From Spirochaetia bacterium (GTDB taxonomy: Bacteria > Spirochaetota > Spirochaetia > CADAEX01): DNA of 64,000 nucleotides. A program made the position numbers and the translations under genes. The notes beneath the pieces are model-generated. The model ran no database searches. It was not told where the DNA came from and was given only the letters and a program-made list of their open reading frames with translations. Position 1 is the stretch's first letter. Each line of letters opens with the position of its first letter. This document shows positions 9,667-20,648 of this stretch, piece by piece. The DNA lies in the NCBI GenBank assembly GCA_963662265.2, contig CAXXHA010000001.1, positions 160,001-224,000 on the forward strand, in the 5' to 3' direction.

Positions 9667-10425
9667 TCAACTATGGGCAATCAGGTCGAAAAGGTATGGA
9701 GAATACTCAATCTCCAGTTCAGCAACAGAGACACCTGGTATTTTATTCAGTTCATTGATTGTTTTCGTTGAACCATTGATATAAAACGAAGTATCTTTTG
9801 CAAACAGTTTTACAGTTACAATGCTATCTTTGAGATCATTCAAGACTATGGAATGCTTGTTTATCAATAAATATATTTTTTCAAGAGATATTTTCAAAAT
9901 CAGACATTTTTCATTGTTGATAGAAGCAATTTCCTTTAAACATAATTCATTAAAACTGCTTCTTTTATATAATTTTGATTTTTTATTATGATATATATCC
10001 ATGTTTGTTTTCTGTTTTAGAAAGTATTTAATTATTACTTCATGATATATACATGATATGGAATTAATCTCAAAATCAACCTTCCAGCCATTTTTCAGAG
10101 ACATTATTTTTTCTGCATTTATATATTTAATCCATAAAAAGAATGATGCTTCTTTACTGGGAAGAAACTCATTGTCAAATTTCAGATGCAATCGTAATTT
10201 GTTTTTTTTGTCTTTAAAAATTGAAATCTCTTTTTCATTAAGTATCAATATTATTTTGCATTTTTTAAGAGACAGTTCTACAGGAATACAATATATGTAT
10301 AAATCATCTACTCTTATAAAGGTGTTTATCTTTTTTAGACCTAGCTTATCCCTTACATAATTATCAACTATGATATTTTTATTTTCAAATTCAGTAAAAT
10401 ATTTATCAAAAAGGTATTTGTCCAT
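9667..10425 (-). CDS. PlzA-like (PilZN3 + degenerate PilZ) protein
   Basis: 252 aa. Size and beta-rich pattern resemble spirochaete PlzA, but the RxxxR and DxSxxG motifs are absent. Confidence 0.5.
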   Translation of the reverse strand: MDKYLFDKYFTEFENKNIIVDNYVRDKLGLKKINTFIRVDDLYIYCIPVELSLKKCKIILILNEKEISIFKDKKNKLRLHLKFDNEFLPSKEASFFLWIKYINAEKIMSLKNGWKVDFEINSISCIYHEVIIKYFLKQKTNMDIYHNKKSKLYKRSSFNELCLKEIASINNEKCLILKISLEKIYLLINKHSIVLNDLKDSIVTVKLFAKDTSFYINGSTKTINELNKIPGVSVAELEIEYSPYLFDLIAHS

Positions 10426-10782
10426 CTTCCCGCTTTCAAATAATCAGGTATTTTATTTATTCTCCTGTTAATTTCAGACTTTATAAAATCACATGTCCCT
10501 GCAGCTGCAAAACCACCTGTTTTACCTGGCCGGATTTTACAACAAGACAAACAAATAAATCGACTTTAAGCAACAACTGTTTTTTTACATTTTCCTGAAT
10601 GAATTATATTAATATCAGATAACGTATATAATTGTTAGACCATTCATCATATTCATTCACAATCTTTTTATACAAACTATTCTGCCGGATTATGTACAGA
10701 CTTCCATTGTATCAATATTCAGAGTTTCAGCAGATTTATAGTAAATTTCATGAAGGATCTCTATGATATAACCCCATTATTC

Positions 10783-11724
10783 TTATAGATATTTTATATC
10801 CAGAGGATGCCTGTAATTCATAATTTCAAGATCTGCTGTTGAAGCATTAAGTCTCACCTGCTCGGGAGACTTGCACCCGGGGATTACAGAACTGACAGCA
10901 TTATGCTTCAGGACCCAGTAAAGAGCGTATTGAGCTAATGTTATGTTTTCCGGAAGTTCATTCGCTATAATATCATCAATAGTTTTCTGCATTGATGTAA
11001 TCATCTCAGGCGGATACTTTTTGGCTCTTGATTCACTGGAACTGAATTCCCTTATGTTCTGATATTTGCCGCTTAAAAGTCCGCTGGCAAGGGCAACCCG
11101 TGCTATTACGCCGATATTGTCACTAAGGCATACCGGAAGAACATCTATTTCAGCATTTTTTTCCAGACGGTTGTATTTTACCTGTATTACATCAGCACCA
11201 ACATTTCTTGCATTTTTAATCTGGTGTTCCCGCCATTCCTTTTTCTTTCTGGACATTGATATTCCAAGATATCGTATTTTTCCATCACGCTTCTGCTTGT
11301 CAAGCATTGTCCAGAGTTCCTGATTATCAAAATCCTCATTTGACCCGGAATGGAATTTATATATATCAATATAATCTGTTTTCAAATATTCAAGTGATTC
11401 TTCCAGCTGCAGCTTTATTTCCTCAATGCTCCATGCATCAGAATTCTTCAGAGTTTCTATTCTCCTATGGCCGAATTTTGTTGAAATAATCCATTTATCT
11501 CTTGGCCCTGGTAATGTTTTCCCGATAAGCTTTTCTGCATAGTGATCAACCCCGTAACATTCTGCTGTATCAATAAAATTTATCCCGCAATCATCTGCAG
11601 CTTCAAGGATCTCTTTAACATCTTTTTCATAGAAGTTTTTGCCCCAGCTTCCTCCAAACTGATAAGTTCCAAGTCCTATAACTGAAACATTTAAATCTGT
11701 ATTCCCGAGTTTTCTGAATTTCAT
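10783..11724 (-). CDS. aldo/keto reductase
   Basis: Start moved to MKFRKLGNTDLNVSVIGLG. GINFIDTAECYG, ISTKFG, LKTDYIDIY..H, LASGLLSGKY, SSVIPG motifs. Confidence 0.92.
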   Translation of the reverse strand: MKFRKLGNTDLNVSVIGLGTYQFGGSWGKNFYEKDVKEILEAADDCGINFIDTAECYGVDHYAEKLIGKTLPGPRDKWIISTKFGHRRIETLKNSDAWSIEEIKLQLEESLEYLKTDYIDIYKFHSGSNEDFDNQELWTMLDKQKRDGKIRYLGISMSRKKKEWREHQIKNARNVGADVIQVKYNRLEKNAEIDVLPVCLSDNIGVIARVALASGLLSGKYQNIREFSSSESRAKKYPPEMITSMQKTIDDIIANELPENITLAQYALYWVLKHNAVSSVIPGCKSPEQVRLNASTADLEIMNYRHPLDIKYL

Positions 11725-11918
11725 ATTTAATAATATCACAACTGTTAAATAATTTGAAAAAAAAATGACAAGATGTTTTATCTGATATCTGTTGCTTTTA
11801 TTATAATTAAAAATAATCTGTTTATTAAAGAGACAGTCTGCTATGACCATCCTCTCCACAGATTATTAAGAACAACTAATTTTCAAATGAAATTTACACT
11901 AAACAGCTTAAAAACTCA

Positions 11919-13355
11919 TCATTGAATTACAACCTTGTTTCTTCCGCTTTTTTTCGCCTGATACAAGGCATCATCGGCACGTTTGATTATCTGTGTTAAA
12001 TTCTCATTTTCCCTGAATACTGTCCCGCCAAAACTTGCAGTAGATTTTTTAATTTCCGGAAAATTATAGCTCTCAATCGTATTCCGCAATTTTTCAGCCA
12101 TTTTCCCAATGCCTTCCCTGTCTGTACCGGGACAGATTATCAGAAATTCCTCGCCCCCCCATCTGCCGAGAATATCTGTAATACGGATGCTGGACTGCAT
12201 CAGTTTTGAAATTGTTACTAAAATCATATCGCCTACAAGATGACCATATGTATCATTCACTGTTTTGAAAAAATCAATATCCATCAATATTATACCAAAT
12301 GGACGGCTGTAACGTTCATAATAAGCCACTTCATTATTAAGTGCTTCATTCAGCTTGCCGCGGTTATAAAGCCCTGTCAGCTGATCTGTAATTGCCAGCT
12401 TATTTAACTCGCAGTTTTTGACTTCCAATTCATTTTTCAAAATATTGAGATCATTGAATAACTGCTGTATTTGTTTTTTTTCTTTTGACAATCGCCTGTA
12501 CCTGTATATTATTATAATAATTATGGCAATCGAACTGAGAAGGATCTTCCACACAAGAGAGTAATCAGGTGTTTCAACATTCATTTTGATCCATCTGTTA
12601 TAGATCCTGTTATGTTCCTCTGGTGTTATTTCTTCAAGAACTTTATTGATAATAGAAACAGTCAGTTCATGCTCAGGAGGAAGTCCAATTCGATGTTCAA
12701 ATACATATTCAGTTTTACCGGCAATGCTGAGATCCATATCAGATTTTCTAATAGCATCCATGACAACAGCCATGTGGCCGACAAATGCATCTATTTTTCC
12801 ATTGTGCAGCATTTTAAGACCTTCAACTACATTACTTGAAGTAACAAGTTCAATATCAGGATAGTTGGTATTTAAAAAATGATAACTTGTATACCCTTCC
12901 CCAACACCGACTTTTTTCCCGACAAGTTCATTAGTGTTGCTGATAAAATCAATATCAGGCCTGGTTGCGATTATCAGAGGGAAGGAAATATACGGCTCTG
13001 TTAAAAGCACATCGGTACCGATATAGTCATCACTTGATAATGCCGGTATAAGATCAATATCCTTACTGACAAACTTATCAAGAACTTCCTGCCAGGTTTT
13101 ACTCTGAATAAAATCCATTTCAATCCCGGTTGCTTCACTTATAATCTTAAGGTAATCTGCTATGATTCCCTTGTATACAGGATATTCATCTACATAAGAA
13201 AGAGGTTCCCATTCTACCTCACTGAACTTCAGCTTTTCTACATGATAAATCCACTCTGTTTCCTGGCTGGAAAACTCAAGACATGAAGTTTCTTCAGGCA
13301 TAATAAGCACTACGAATAACTGCAAAGCTAAGGCAAAATAATAAATATTCTTCAT
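11919..13355 (-). CDS. diguanylate cyclase with periplasmic solute-binding (PBPb) sensor domain
   Basis: Signal-like N-terminus, PBP domain, TM helix, DQLTGLYNR, DIDFFK.VND..GH, and RITD I-site five residues before GGEEF. The ORF extends to 13427. Confidence 0.9.
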   Translation of the reverse strand: MKNIYYFALALQLFVVLIMPEETSCLEFSSQETEWIYHVEKLKFSEVEWEPLSYVDEYPVYKGIIADYLKIISEATGIEMDFIQSKTWQEVLDKFVSKDIDLIPALSSDDYIGTDVLLTEPYISFPLIIATRPDIDFISNTNELVGKKVGVGEGYTSYHFLNTNYPDIELVTSSNVVEGLKMLHNGKIDAFVGHMAVVMDAIRKSDMDLSIAGKTEYVFEHRIGLPPEHELTVSIINKVLEEITPEEHNRIYNRWIKMNVETPDYSLVWKILLSSIAIIIIIIYRYRRLSKEKKQIQQLFNDLNILKNELEVKNCELNKLAITDQLTGLYNRGKLNEALNNEVAYYERYSRPFGIILMDIDFFKTVNDTYGHLVGDMILVTISKLMQSSIRITDILGRWGGEEFLIICPGTDREGIGKMAEKLRNTIESYNFPEIKKSTASFGGTVFRENENLTQIIKRADDALYQAKKSGRNKVVIQ

Positions 13356-13798
13356 ATCCTTTAATTTCCTTTCAAGGTTTATATATTTCATATTAAATAA
13401 TTCAATCAATTTCAATTGAAAAACCATGTTTACATATATTTTATGCTGAACTCATATTTAAATTGTTATACATGTCCGAATTAAATATATTCACAGATAA
13501 CTTTACCATAGTTTATGCCTGCAGTCATTCAGGGAATATCAATAATTACTTATTATGCCTGTATTTATTATAGGAGCTAACAAACTCTTTCACAATCTTT
13601 TTTATCAGATTCACTGAGATCAAAATTAAATTACCAGGTTAATCTACCTAATTATTACAAACCGTTCATTGTTAATTATAAGAGGAACCTGTATCTTTCT
13701 GCCAGTAAACTCTCAGGATATTGTCCATTAAAATATTTCCTTGTCTTCTGTTAATTATCCCCTATAATAAAAAAAGATAAAAATTCAAGGAGATAAAA

Positions 13799-14619
13799 AT
13801 GTTAAAAAATATTACAAAGCTTCAGCCAGGTATCCAGTGCTTTGAGATTGAATCAGAAAATACAGGAGACAACCTCACTGTAAGAGTACAGCTTCCGGGA
13901 AGCTATGAGTTTTCAGACTCATCATATCCTGTACTTTATGTTCTTGACGGTGATGCTGCTTTCGGCCTTGCAACTACAATTATGTCCTATATAAATCTGG
14001 GGGCCAATTTCGGAATGGGTAAAAATTATTCCTGAAATGATTGTAGTCAGCATTGGTTACGAAAGAGGGGGGCATTCCATGGCTTTTGACCCGTGTAAGG
14101 GATTTCACACCTACAGAAGATCCCTCTTTTAATTACAATAATCCCAATTTTAATGTGCCTGCAAGCGGAAAGGCAGAATTGTTTTATAATTTTATTCTTG
14201 ATGAATTGAATCCCGAACTTGAATCAATGTTCCGGATTGATCCTTCATTGAATGTACTTGCCACCCATTCCATGGGGGGTGTTTTTGCAGCCTACACAAT
14301 GCTTAATCAGAAACAGTATTTTAATAAATTCCTTATGGTATCACCATTTGTCGGTTGGGACAGCAAGGCTGTTTTCGGGATGATGAACTCCTGTAAGGAC
14401 AAGAATAAAAAACTTAATTCAGATGTTTTTATTTCATGTACACCAGTAGAGCCTACACCTTCGTATATTGAAGAAGTAAGTGATTTTTACGAAAACCTTG
14501 TTAACTGCGGATTTGAAGGTTTAAACTGCCACTTTGAAAATTACCCTGATGATAACCATTTCTCTGTCATAAGCAAGGCTTTTATTGATGGCCTTGTATA
14601 TTTGTTTAATGCAGTTTGA
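13799..14619 (+). CDS. alpha/beta-hydrolase, IroE/BesA-like esterase (one frameshift near 14020-14035)
   Basis: The 5' ORF has YPVLYVLDGD. The other frame continues PEMIVVSIGY...RVRDFTP...THSMGG (nucleophile elbow)...DNHFSV. Confidence 0.8.
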
Positions 14620-14901
14620 TTTCAAAAAAGATATCTGTGTTTACAACAGTATAGTAAATTATGACAAGTTATCAGGTTTTTCTTTATAATTGTTATCTAT
14701 TTTAGATACCTTGTACTTTTCCTCCACGGGAGTGGAGCTGCAAAACAACAAAAGCATCCACATTTCAGCGGCACTACCCCCTGTTTTCACAGAAATTTTC
14801 AGCATAAGCACATATTTCAGGGACTTGCATTGTGCACCAGGGAGGAACTGCAGGGTTTTGTATCTTTTACTTGATTTTTTTATTATGATTTATTATTATA
14901 T

Positions 14902-14917
14902 ATGCGTGCGCATGCAT
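14902..14917. promoter_or_regulatory. putative MarR operator
   Basis: Near-perfect palindrome ATGCGTG-CG-CATGCAT in an AT-rich context, about 40 nt before the marR start. Confidence 0.55.
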
Positions 14918-14956
14918 TTATAATAATAAATCATATACAGATTAGAGAATAAAAAC

Positions 14957-15418
14957 ATGAATGAAGAAGAAGATTTTTTTGTGCTTCTGCACAGCATAAT
15001 GAAAAAAATACGGACAATTGCCAACAGAGAACTTATCCCCCTGGGAATGAATCATATCGAGATGAGGATACTCATGATGATGTACCTTTATTATCCCGAT
15101 GGATGCAGCCAGGAAGAACTGATCTCAAAACTTGAGATTGACAGGAGCAATGTCGGAAGGTCTCTTAAAAAGCTGGAGCAGCTTGGCTACATTGAAAGGG
15201 AAACTGACTCACAGGATCGCCGTGCCTACAGAGTTTTTTTGACAGAAAACAGCGATTCAATCCGTATGCCGCTGTATCAAATGAGAGAGACACTTTATAC
15301 AACCATCTCAACGGCAATGACACAACAGGAATTCACATTACTGCTTCAGTTGTTAAAAAAAACTGACAAGCATATATCTGAAGAAAATTACAGGAATATC
15401 AAATATTCCAAAATATAA
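14957..15418 (+). CDS. MarR-family transcriptional regulator
   Basis: SQEEL...IDRSNVGRSLKKLEQLGYIER..D..DRR..RVFLT. Confidence 0.92.
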   Translation: MNEEEDFFVLLHSIMKKIRTIANRELIPLGMNHIEMRILMMMYLYYPDGCSQEELISKLEIDRSNVGRSLKKLEQLGYIERETDSQDRRAYRVFLTENSDSIRMPLYQMRETLYTTISTAMTQQEFTLLLQLLKKTDKHISEENYRNIKYSKI

Positions 15419-15508
15419 TCAGAGTTTTTCCAATTAAAAGTGATACATCTCAGCAGAGAAAATAATTTGCTCTGCAGCATTACGTATTTACAGAAAGGAG
15501 ACTTCTAC

Positions 15509-16873
15509 ATGAACATGAAAACTGCACGTTTAACTGACGGTCCGATAACCCAAATATTACTAAGACTCACCTTCCCTACAATACTGGGCGGGATTGGCAT
15601 GGTTATATTCAATATCACTGATACATACTTTGTTGGCCGGCTGGGAACGATTCAGCTGGCAGCTTTAAGTTTTACATTTCCAGTAGTTCTTTTTGCAACA
15701 AGTATAGCGCATGGTGTAGGCATCGGGGTCTCTGCAATCGTCTCCCGTGCCATCGGAGAAGGGAACCATCTTAAAGCATCGCGAATCACGACAGACAGCC
15801 TGAGCCTGTCTCTCCTTCTGGTAGGGATTATATCAGTCACCGGATTGGCTACAATCGATGATTTGTTCCGGCTGCTTGGAGCAACACCTGAAACCATGCC
15901 TTATATAAGGCAGTACATGACTGTATGGTACCGGGGGGCAGTATTCATGGTTGTTCCAATGGTAGCTAACAATGCTATTCGTGCATCCGGTGATACAAAA
16001 ACTCCCGGTTTAATTGTACTCTGCGCTGCTTTAATTAATATTATCATGGATCCCCTTCTGATATTCGGTATCGGTCCGTTTCCGGAAATGGGTGTTACAG
16101 GGGCTGCAATATCAACAGTGTTGTCACGCGCTATAATGATGCTGTTATCCTTCATAATAATACAGTTTAAAGAGAAGATGATAATCTATGAGAAACCGGA
16201 TATTCATTCAATTCTTGATTCATGGCGTCAAATCCTCTACATTGGTGCTCCCTCAGCACTGACAAAAATTGCACTCCCTTTTGCCGCTGGAATCATGACA
16301 AGCATTGTTTCCTTATATGGCTCAGCAGCTGTTGCCGGATTTGGCGTAGCAACCCGAATCGAAGTATTTGTCCTGATGGTGATTTTATCCCTTTCCGCAG
16401 TGATGGGGCCCTTTGTAGGCCAGAATTACGGAGCTGGAAAATTTGACAGGATCAAATCAGGCATAAGAATCAGCAATCAAATTTCACTGATATGGGGAAT
16501 GACAGCAGTCATCGCCCTGATTATATTTGCCTCCCGCATATGTTCAGTATTCAGCAGTGATCCCGAAGTAATCTCAGCTGTAAAAATATATCTGCTGATT
16601 GTTCCTGCAGGATATGGGGTATATGGAATTGTTTTGATTGCAAGCTCTGCAATGACTGTCCTTCAGAAACCCATTAATGCGGCAGCAGTGACAATTGTAC
16701 AGACATTTCTCCTTTCCATCCCTTTTGCCTATATCGGCTCTTATCTTGCAGGATTGCGGGGTATATTTCTGGCCATGCCTCTCTCTTATTTAATTTCATC
16801 CCTGATTGCCCGCCCTATGCTTAATAAAATTATTAATGAAAGGGAGGAATTACTGAAGCTGAAGAGGGATTGA
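15509..16873 (+). CDS. MATE-family efflux transporter
   Basis: Start MNMKT (AAAGGAG RBS). DTYFVGRLG, NNAIRASGDTKTP, NIIMDPLLIFG, GQNYGAG motifs. Confidence 0.92.
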   Translation: MNMKTARLTDGPITQILLRLTFPTILGGIGMVIFNITDTYFVGRLGTIQLAALSFTFPVVLFATSIAHGVGIGVSAIVSRAIGEGNHLKASRITTDSLSLSLLLVGIISVTGLATIDDLFRLLGATPETMPYIRQYMTVWYRGAVFMVVPMVANNAIRASGDTKTPGLIVLCAALINIIMDPLLIFGIGPFPEMGVTGAAISTVLSRAIMMLLSFIIIQFKEKMIIYEKPDIHSILDSWRQILYIGAPSALTKIALPFAAGIMTSIVSLYGSAAVAGFGVATRIEVFVLMVILSLSAVMGPFVGQNYGAGKFDRIKSGIRISNQISLIWGMTAVIALIIFASRICSVFSSDPEVISAVKIYLLIVPAGYGVYGIVLIASSAMTVLQKPINAAAVTIVQTFLLSIPFAYIGSYLAGLRGIFLAMPLSYLISSLIARPMLNKIINEREELLKLKRD

Positions 16874-16916
16874 ATTATTTTTAATCTCTTTTCATGAAAT
16901 CGTTGAATTACCAGGA

Positions 16917-17387
16917 TCAGTCCCAGTTTTTGCAGACATCAACCCAGTCTTCATATCCTGAATACTTTTCAAGTTCATCAAGTGTAAGTTCTATTGCGCT
17001 GTTGCTGCTTCCGCATGCGGGAAAAACAGTCTCAAATCTTTTAAGTGATTCATCAAGATAAATATCAAGGCCTTCCTTGACAGCAAAAGGACACACTCCC
17101 CCCACCTTGTGGCCGGTGAATGTTTCAACCTGCTCAGCGTTGAGCATTTTCGCCTTTTTCCCGAACTGATTCTTGTATTTTGAATTATCTATTTTAGCAT
17201 CGCCTGCTGCAACAACAAGGATACAATCATCATTAACTGTAAACGATAATGTCTTTGCAATCCTTTCAGGTGCACAGTTAAGCGCCTGAGCTGCCAGTTC
17301 AACTGTGGCGCTGGATACATCAAATTCAAGGATTTTTTCATCCATTCCGAACTGACTGAAATACTCCCTTACTGCTTCAATTGCCAT
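16917..17387 (-). CDS. YbaK/EbsC-family aminoacyl-tRNA deacylase
   Basis: SSATVELAA, IAKTL, TGHKVGGVCPF, FPACGS motifs. Confidence 0.9.
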   Translation of the reverse strand: MAIEAVREYFSQFGMDEKILEFDVSSATVELAAQALNCAPERIAKTLSFTVNDDCILVVAAGDAKIDNSKYKNQFGKKAKMLNAEQVETFTGHKVGGVCPFAVKEGLDIYLDESLKRFETVFPACGSSNSAIELTLDELEKYSGYEDWVDVCKNWD

Positions 17388-17587
17388 TTTGCCTATCCTC
17401 CGGGATGTTTTATATTTTCTAAAATATCAGAAAAACAGGTAATTTTCAATTAAACTTAAGCCTGAGTTTATGAACATTTGTAAAATAATACACACACTCC
17501 TTTCCAGACAGAAGTTCCGGAATAACTGAGATACAGACTTAATAAATAATCCTTATTCATAGAAAATTATTCACAGCAATATATAAT

Positions 17588-17636
17588 ATAAAAACCGCAG
17601 AGATAAACACCTGCTTTCTCCGCGGTCGATTTTTAT
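17588..17636. terminator. probable intrinsic terminator after the MCP gene
   Basis: ACCGC-A-GAGA...TCTC-C-GCGGT stem flanked by A and T tracts. Confidence 0.45.
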
Positions 17637-17650
17637 AACAATATGAATGA

Positions 17651-17675
17651 TACATCACATTACATTACATTACAT
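17651..17675. repeat. pentanucleotide microsatellite, about 5 copies of TACAT
   Basis: TACAT CACAT TACAT TACAT TACAT in intergenic DNA. Confidence 0.6.
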
Positions 17676-17707
17676 CAATTCACTTCAGTATAAAAATATT
17701 ATCAATA

Positions 17708-19672
17708 TTAAAATTCACTAAACCCGTCATTATTGTCATAATCATATGATTTTTCAGTTTCCGGCTTCTTTGTTTTTCCGGCAGATGAATTTTTCTTTTC
17801 TTCTGTCTCTTTTACAGTTTCAGGAACGGCTGAATATATCTGTTCACTTCCGGATAACTTGAAAAAATCCACATTACTTTTCATAAGTTCTGACTGGCTG
17901 CTCAATTCTTCTGCCATGGAAGCCATTTCTTCTGATGATGAAGCATTCTGCTGAATAACAGTATCCAGCTGCTGCAGTGCCTGATTTATCTGGTCAGCCC
18001 CGCGGTTCTGTTCAATACTGGAAGTGTTAATTTCCTGAATTAATTCCGCTGTGTTCTGTATCTGGGGAACAAGATCATTGATTAAGTTACCTGCCTTTTC
18101 AGCAGCCTTTACGCTGTTAATGGAAATATCAATAATCTCGGCAGCCGCGCTTCCGGAATTCTCTGCTAGTTTTCGAACTTCGCTTGCAACAACTGCAAAT
18201 CCCTTACCAGCATCGCCGGCTCTTGCAGCTTCAATTGCAGCATTAAGAGCAAGCATATTGGTATTCCTTGCAATATCTTCAATAATGGTTATTTTTTCCG
18301 CAATACTCTTCATCGCAGCTACTGTTTCATTTACAGCCTCTCCTCCCTCTGCAGCTTCTACAGCAACTTTCTTTGAAATGTCATCTGCAGATTTGGAACT
18401 TTCTGTATTCTGCTGAATATTAGCCACCAGCTCTTCCATTGCACTGGAAACCTCTTCTGTACTTGAAGCCTGTTCAGTTGCTCCGGATGAAATCTGCTGG
18501 GATGTAGATGATATCTGCTGAGATCCTGAAGCTACCTGGTTTGAAGCGTTTTGAATATCCAGTAATATTCTGTTAAGATTTTCTGCCATATCTTTTAAAG
18601 AATTTGCAAGCTGTCCGATTTCATCTTTCTGGTCAATGTCCATACTTGCAGAAAGATCGCCTGAAGCAATTTTTGACGCAAAATCAACACTTGCCCTCAG
18701 TTTTGTGGAAATGCTTCTTGCAAATAAAAGTGATACGGCAATACCGATAATTAAGGCTGAAATTCCTACCAAAGCTACAATATTTCGAACAAGAACTACA
18801 GGTGCAAGAAATTCCGAATCCGGCAGAGTAAGCGCAAGACTCCACCCTGTTGATTTAACAGGTGCATAGCCGCAGCTTTTTGAATCCCCTTCAAATATAT
18901 ATTTCTCTACGCCGCTCTTTCCGGCAATCATATTTGCTGCATACTGCTCCATTCCTTCAAGCTCTGTAATATTTAATTTCAAATTCAGTTTTGAATCCGG
19001 ATGGGCAATCACCAATCCGGTATTATCAATAATAAAAGCATAACCGGTATCACCGATTTTTGAATTTGTGATGATATTATTGAGAAAAGAGATTTCAACA
19101 ATTGTCGCAACAGCTCCAATAACAGAGCCTTCAGTAGAATAGACAGGCACAGCAAAAGGAATAAAAGGTTCTCCTGTTACTTTGTTTATTCCTACTGCTC
19201 CTATATTGGGTTTTCCCTTAAGAGCATTTACTATATAATCCCTGTCTTTAACAGACACTCCCAGATAATTATTTTCACTGGCAGCAAATACAATTCCGGA
19301 TTTATCTGCAGCAAGAAGAACCTGATAATGCTCTCCAAGCCCTTCTGTCTTTAATATTTTAGAAAAAGTCTTATTTAAAGCATTAATTTTATTTGATTTT
19401 TCAGATGAATCGTCTTTATATACAGATACAGAAGCATCAATAGAAACATCAAGAAGCGCCAGATTCTTTACAATCTTCATTTCATCTGAAATAACATAGT
19501 CAACAAGAAGGGCAAGCTCCTTTGCTCTTTCAGACATCTGCTCTTCTGCGAGTCTTGTAAGCCCTTTTCCGGCAATTGATACAGAAGAAATCCCAACAGT
19601 TATAAGCGGAATTATCATAACTGAAATACCGAATAACAATAATTTTGTAGCTATTTTAAGATTTTTAAACAT
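17708..19672 (-). CDS. methyl-accepting chemotaxis protein (dCache-HAMP-MA)
   Basis: Start MFKNL (GGAGG RBS). Two TM helices, Cache motif [44 protein letters not shown]. Confidence 0.95.
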   Translation of the reverse strand: MFKNLKIATKLLLFGISVMIIPLITVGISSVSIAGKGLTRLAEEQMSERAKELALLVDYVISDEMKIVKNLALLDVSIDASVSVYKDDSSEKSNKINALNKTFSKILKTEGLGEHYQVLLAADKSGIVFAASENNYLGVSVKDRDYIVNALKGKPNIGAVGINKVTGEPFIPFAVPVYSTEGSVIGAVATIVEISFLNNIITNSKIGDTGYAFIIDNTGLVIAHPDSKLNLKLNITELEGMEQYAANMIAGKSGVEKYIFEGDSKSCGYAPVKSTGWSLALTLPDSEFLAPVVLVRNIVALVGISALIIGIAVSLLFARSISTKLRASVDFASKIASGDLSASMDIDQKDEIGQLANSLKDMAENLNRILLDIQNASNQVASGSQQISSTSQQISSGATEQASSTEEVSSAMEELVANIQQNTESSKSADDISKKVAVEAAEGGEAVNETVAAMKSIAEKITIIEDIARNTNMLALNAAIEAARAGDAGKGFAVVASEVRKLAENSGSAAAEIIDISINSVKAAEKAGNLINDLVPQIQNTAELIQEINTSSIEQNRGADQINQALQQLDTVIQQNASSSEEMASMAEELSSQSELMKSNVDFFKLSGSEQIYSAVPETVKETEEKKNSSAGKTKKPETEKSYDYDNNDGFSEF

Positions 19673-19717
19673 ATAGACCTCCATAACTGCCTGTCAATTC
19701 ACCTTAAAAAGCTTTTT

Positions 19718-19730
19718 TGGGCAGTGCCCA
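19718..19730. promoter_or_regulatory. putative TetR operator
   Basis: Perfect TGGGCA-G-TGCCCA immediately downstream of the MCP -10 box. Confidence 0.55.
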
Positions 19731-19731
19731 T

Positions 19732-19760
19732 ATTCTATTATCTGTGTTATAATCTGTCAA
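19732..19760 (-). promoter_or_regulatory. sigma70-type promoter of the MCP gene
   Basis: TTGACA-N17-TAGAAT on the minus strand. Confidence 0.7.
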
Positions 19761-19827
19761 GATAAATCAATGGAATATTGAATTATGTAAATAAAAATCA
19801 TAAATTGAAAACATAAGGAAAGTGATC

Positions 19828-20427
19828 ATGCCGAGAAAACCAATCTTTGATAACACAGATATAATTATTGATACTGCGTTTAACATTATAAGAGAGGAAG
19901 GGTTTTACAACTTTTCGACAAGAAGACTGGCGTCAAAACTGGAAGTTTCAAAAAATGCTGTCTTTAATTACTTAAAAACCAAGGAAGATATTATCAATAA
20001 AGTTGTTGAAAAATTTTATACAATTTTTGTCGAAAATGTTTTAAAAATGATTAAAAACAATGAAGATCATTATAAAAAGAACCTTTTTGATATCTACCTG
20101 ATTATTGCTGATGTTCTCTATGATATGGTTTTGGAATATGGCGATGTATACAAAATAGCAATCAGGGATTTCAACAAAACATTTGAACCGGAAACAACGA
20201 CTGAGAACAAATTTAAACTTTTATTTCCTGTATTTACATTTCTTATTGACGATTTCAAGTATACAGAATACAAGGAATTTACTGAACAGGATTTTCTTGA
20301 CAAGCATCATCTTCTTATCGTTTTAATTATAAACATGAACACTATTGAATTAAACAGAGAAACTAAAATCGGAAAAGATGAATACATGAGGTTATTCAGG
20401 AAAGCATATTCTCTTGTAATGGAATAG
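19828..20427 (+). CDS. TetR/AcrR-family regulator
   Basis: IIDTAFNIIREEG..NFSTRRLASKLEVSKNAVFNYLKTKEDI HTH. The ATG at 19828 fits the RBS spacing. Confidence 0.88.
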   Translation: MPRKPIFDNTDIIIDTAFNIIREEGFYNFSTRRLASKLEVSKNAVFNYLKTKEDIINKVVEKFYTIFVENVLKMIKNNEDHYKKNLFDIYLIIADVLYDMVLEYGDVYKIAIRDFNKTFEPETTTENKFKLLFPVFTFLIDDFKYTEYKEFTEQDFLDKHHLLIVLIINMNTIELNRETKIGKDEYMRLFRKAYSLVME

Positions 20428-20648
20428 ACAAAACAGGGCAATTTGATACTTGAAATATAAAATTTACACAAAAGCTCAAAGCGGCTCTTATATATTACTG
20501 CAACAGCATTTTCTAGCTGAACTTATGCAGCAGCAACACCCCATTCAATAATTCAGCGTGTTTATCTTTCCATTTATGAAAAATAAACACATCAAAGAAA
20601 GACACCAATTTCATGACAACTCAAGGACACTGTAGATGAAAAACTTGT

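Noticed and set aside
10440-10640. c-di-GMP riboswitch or small ORF upstream of the PlzA-like gene
   Set aside because: One imperfect hairpin exists, but the conserved c-di-GMP-I/II elements are absent. The 60-aa ORF lacks an RBS and motifs.
14690-14923. 77-aa ORF and small hairpin upstream of marR
   Set aside because: No RBS or homology is recognisable, and it overlaps the probable marR promoter and operator.
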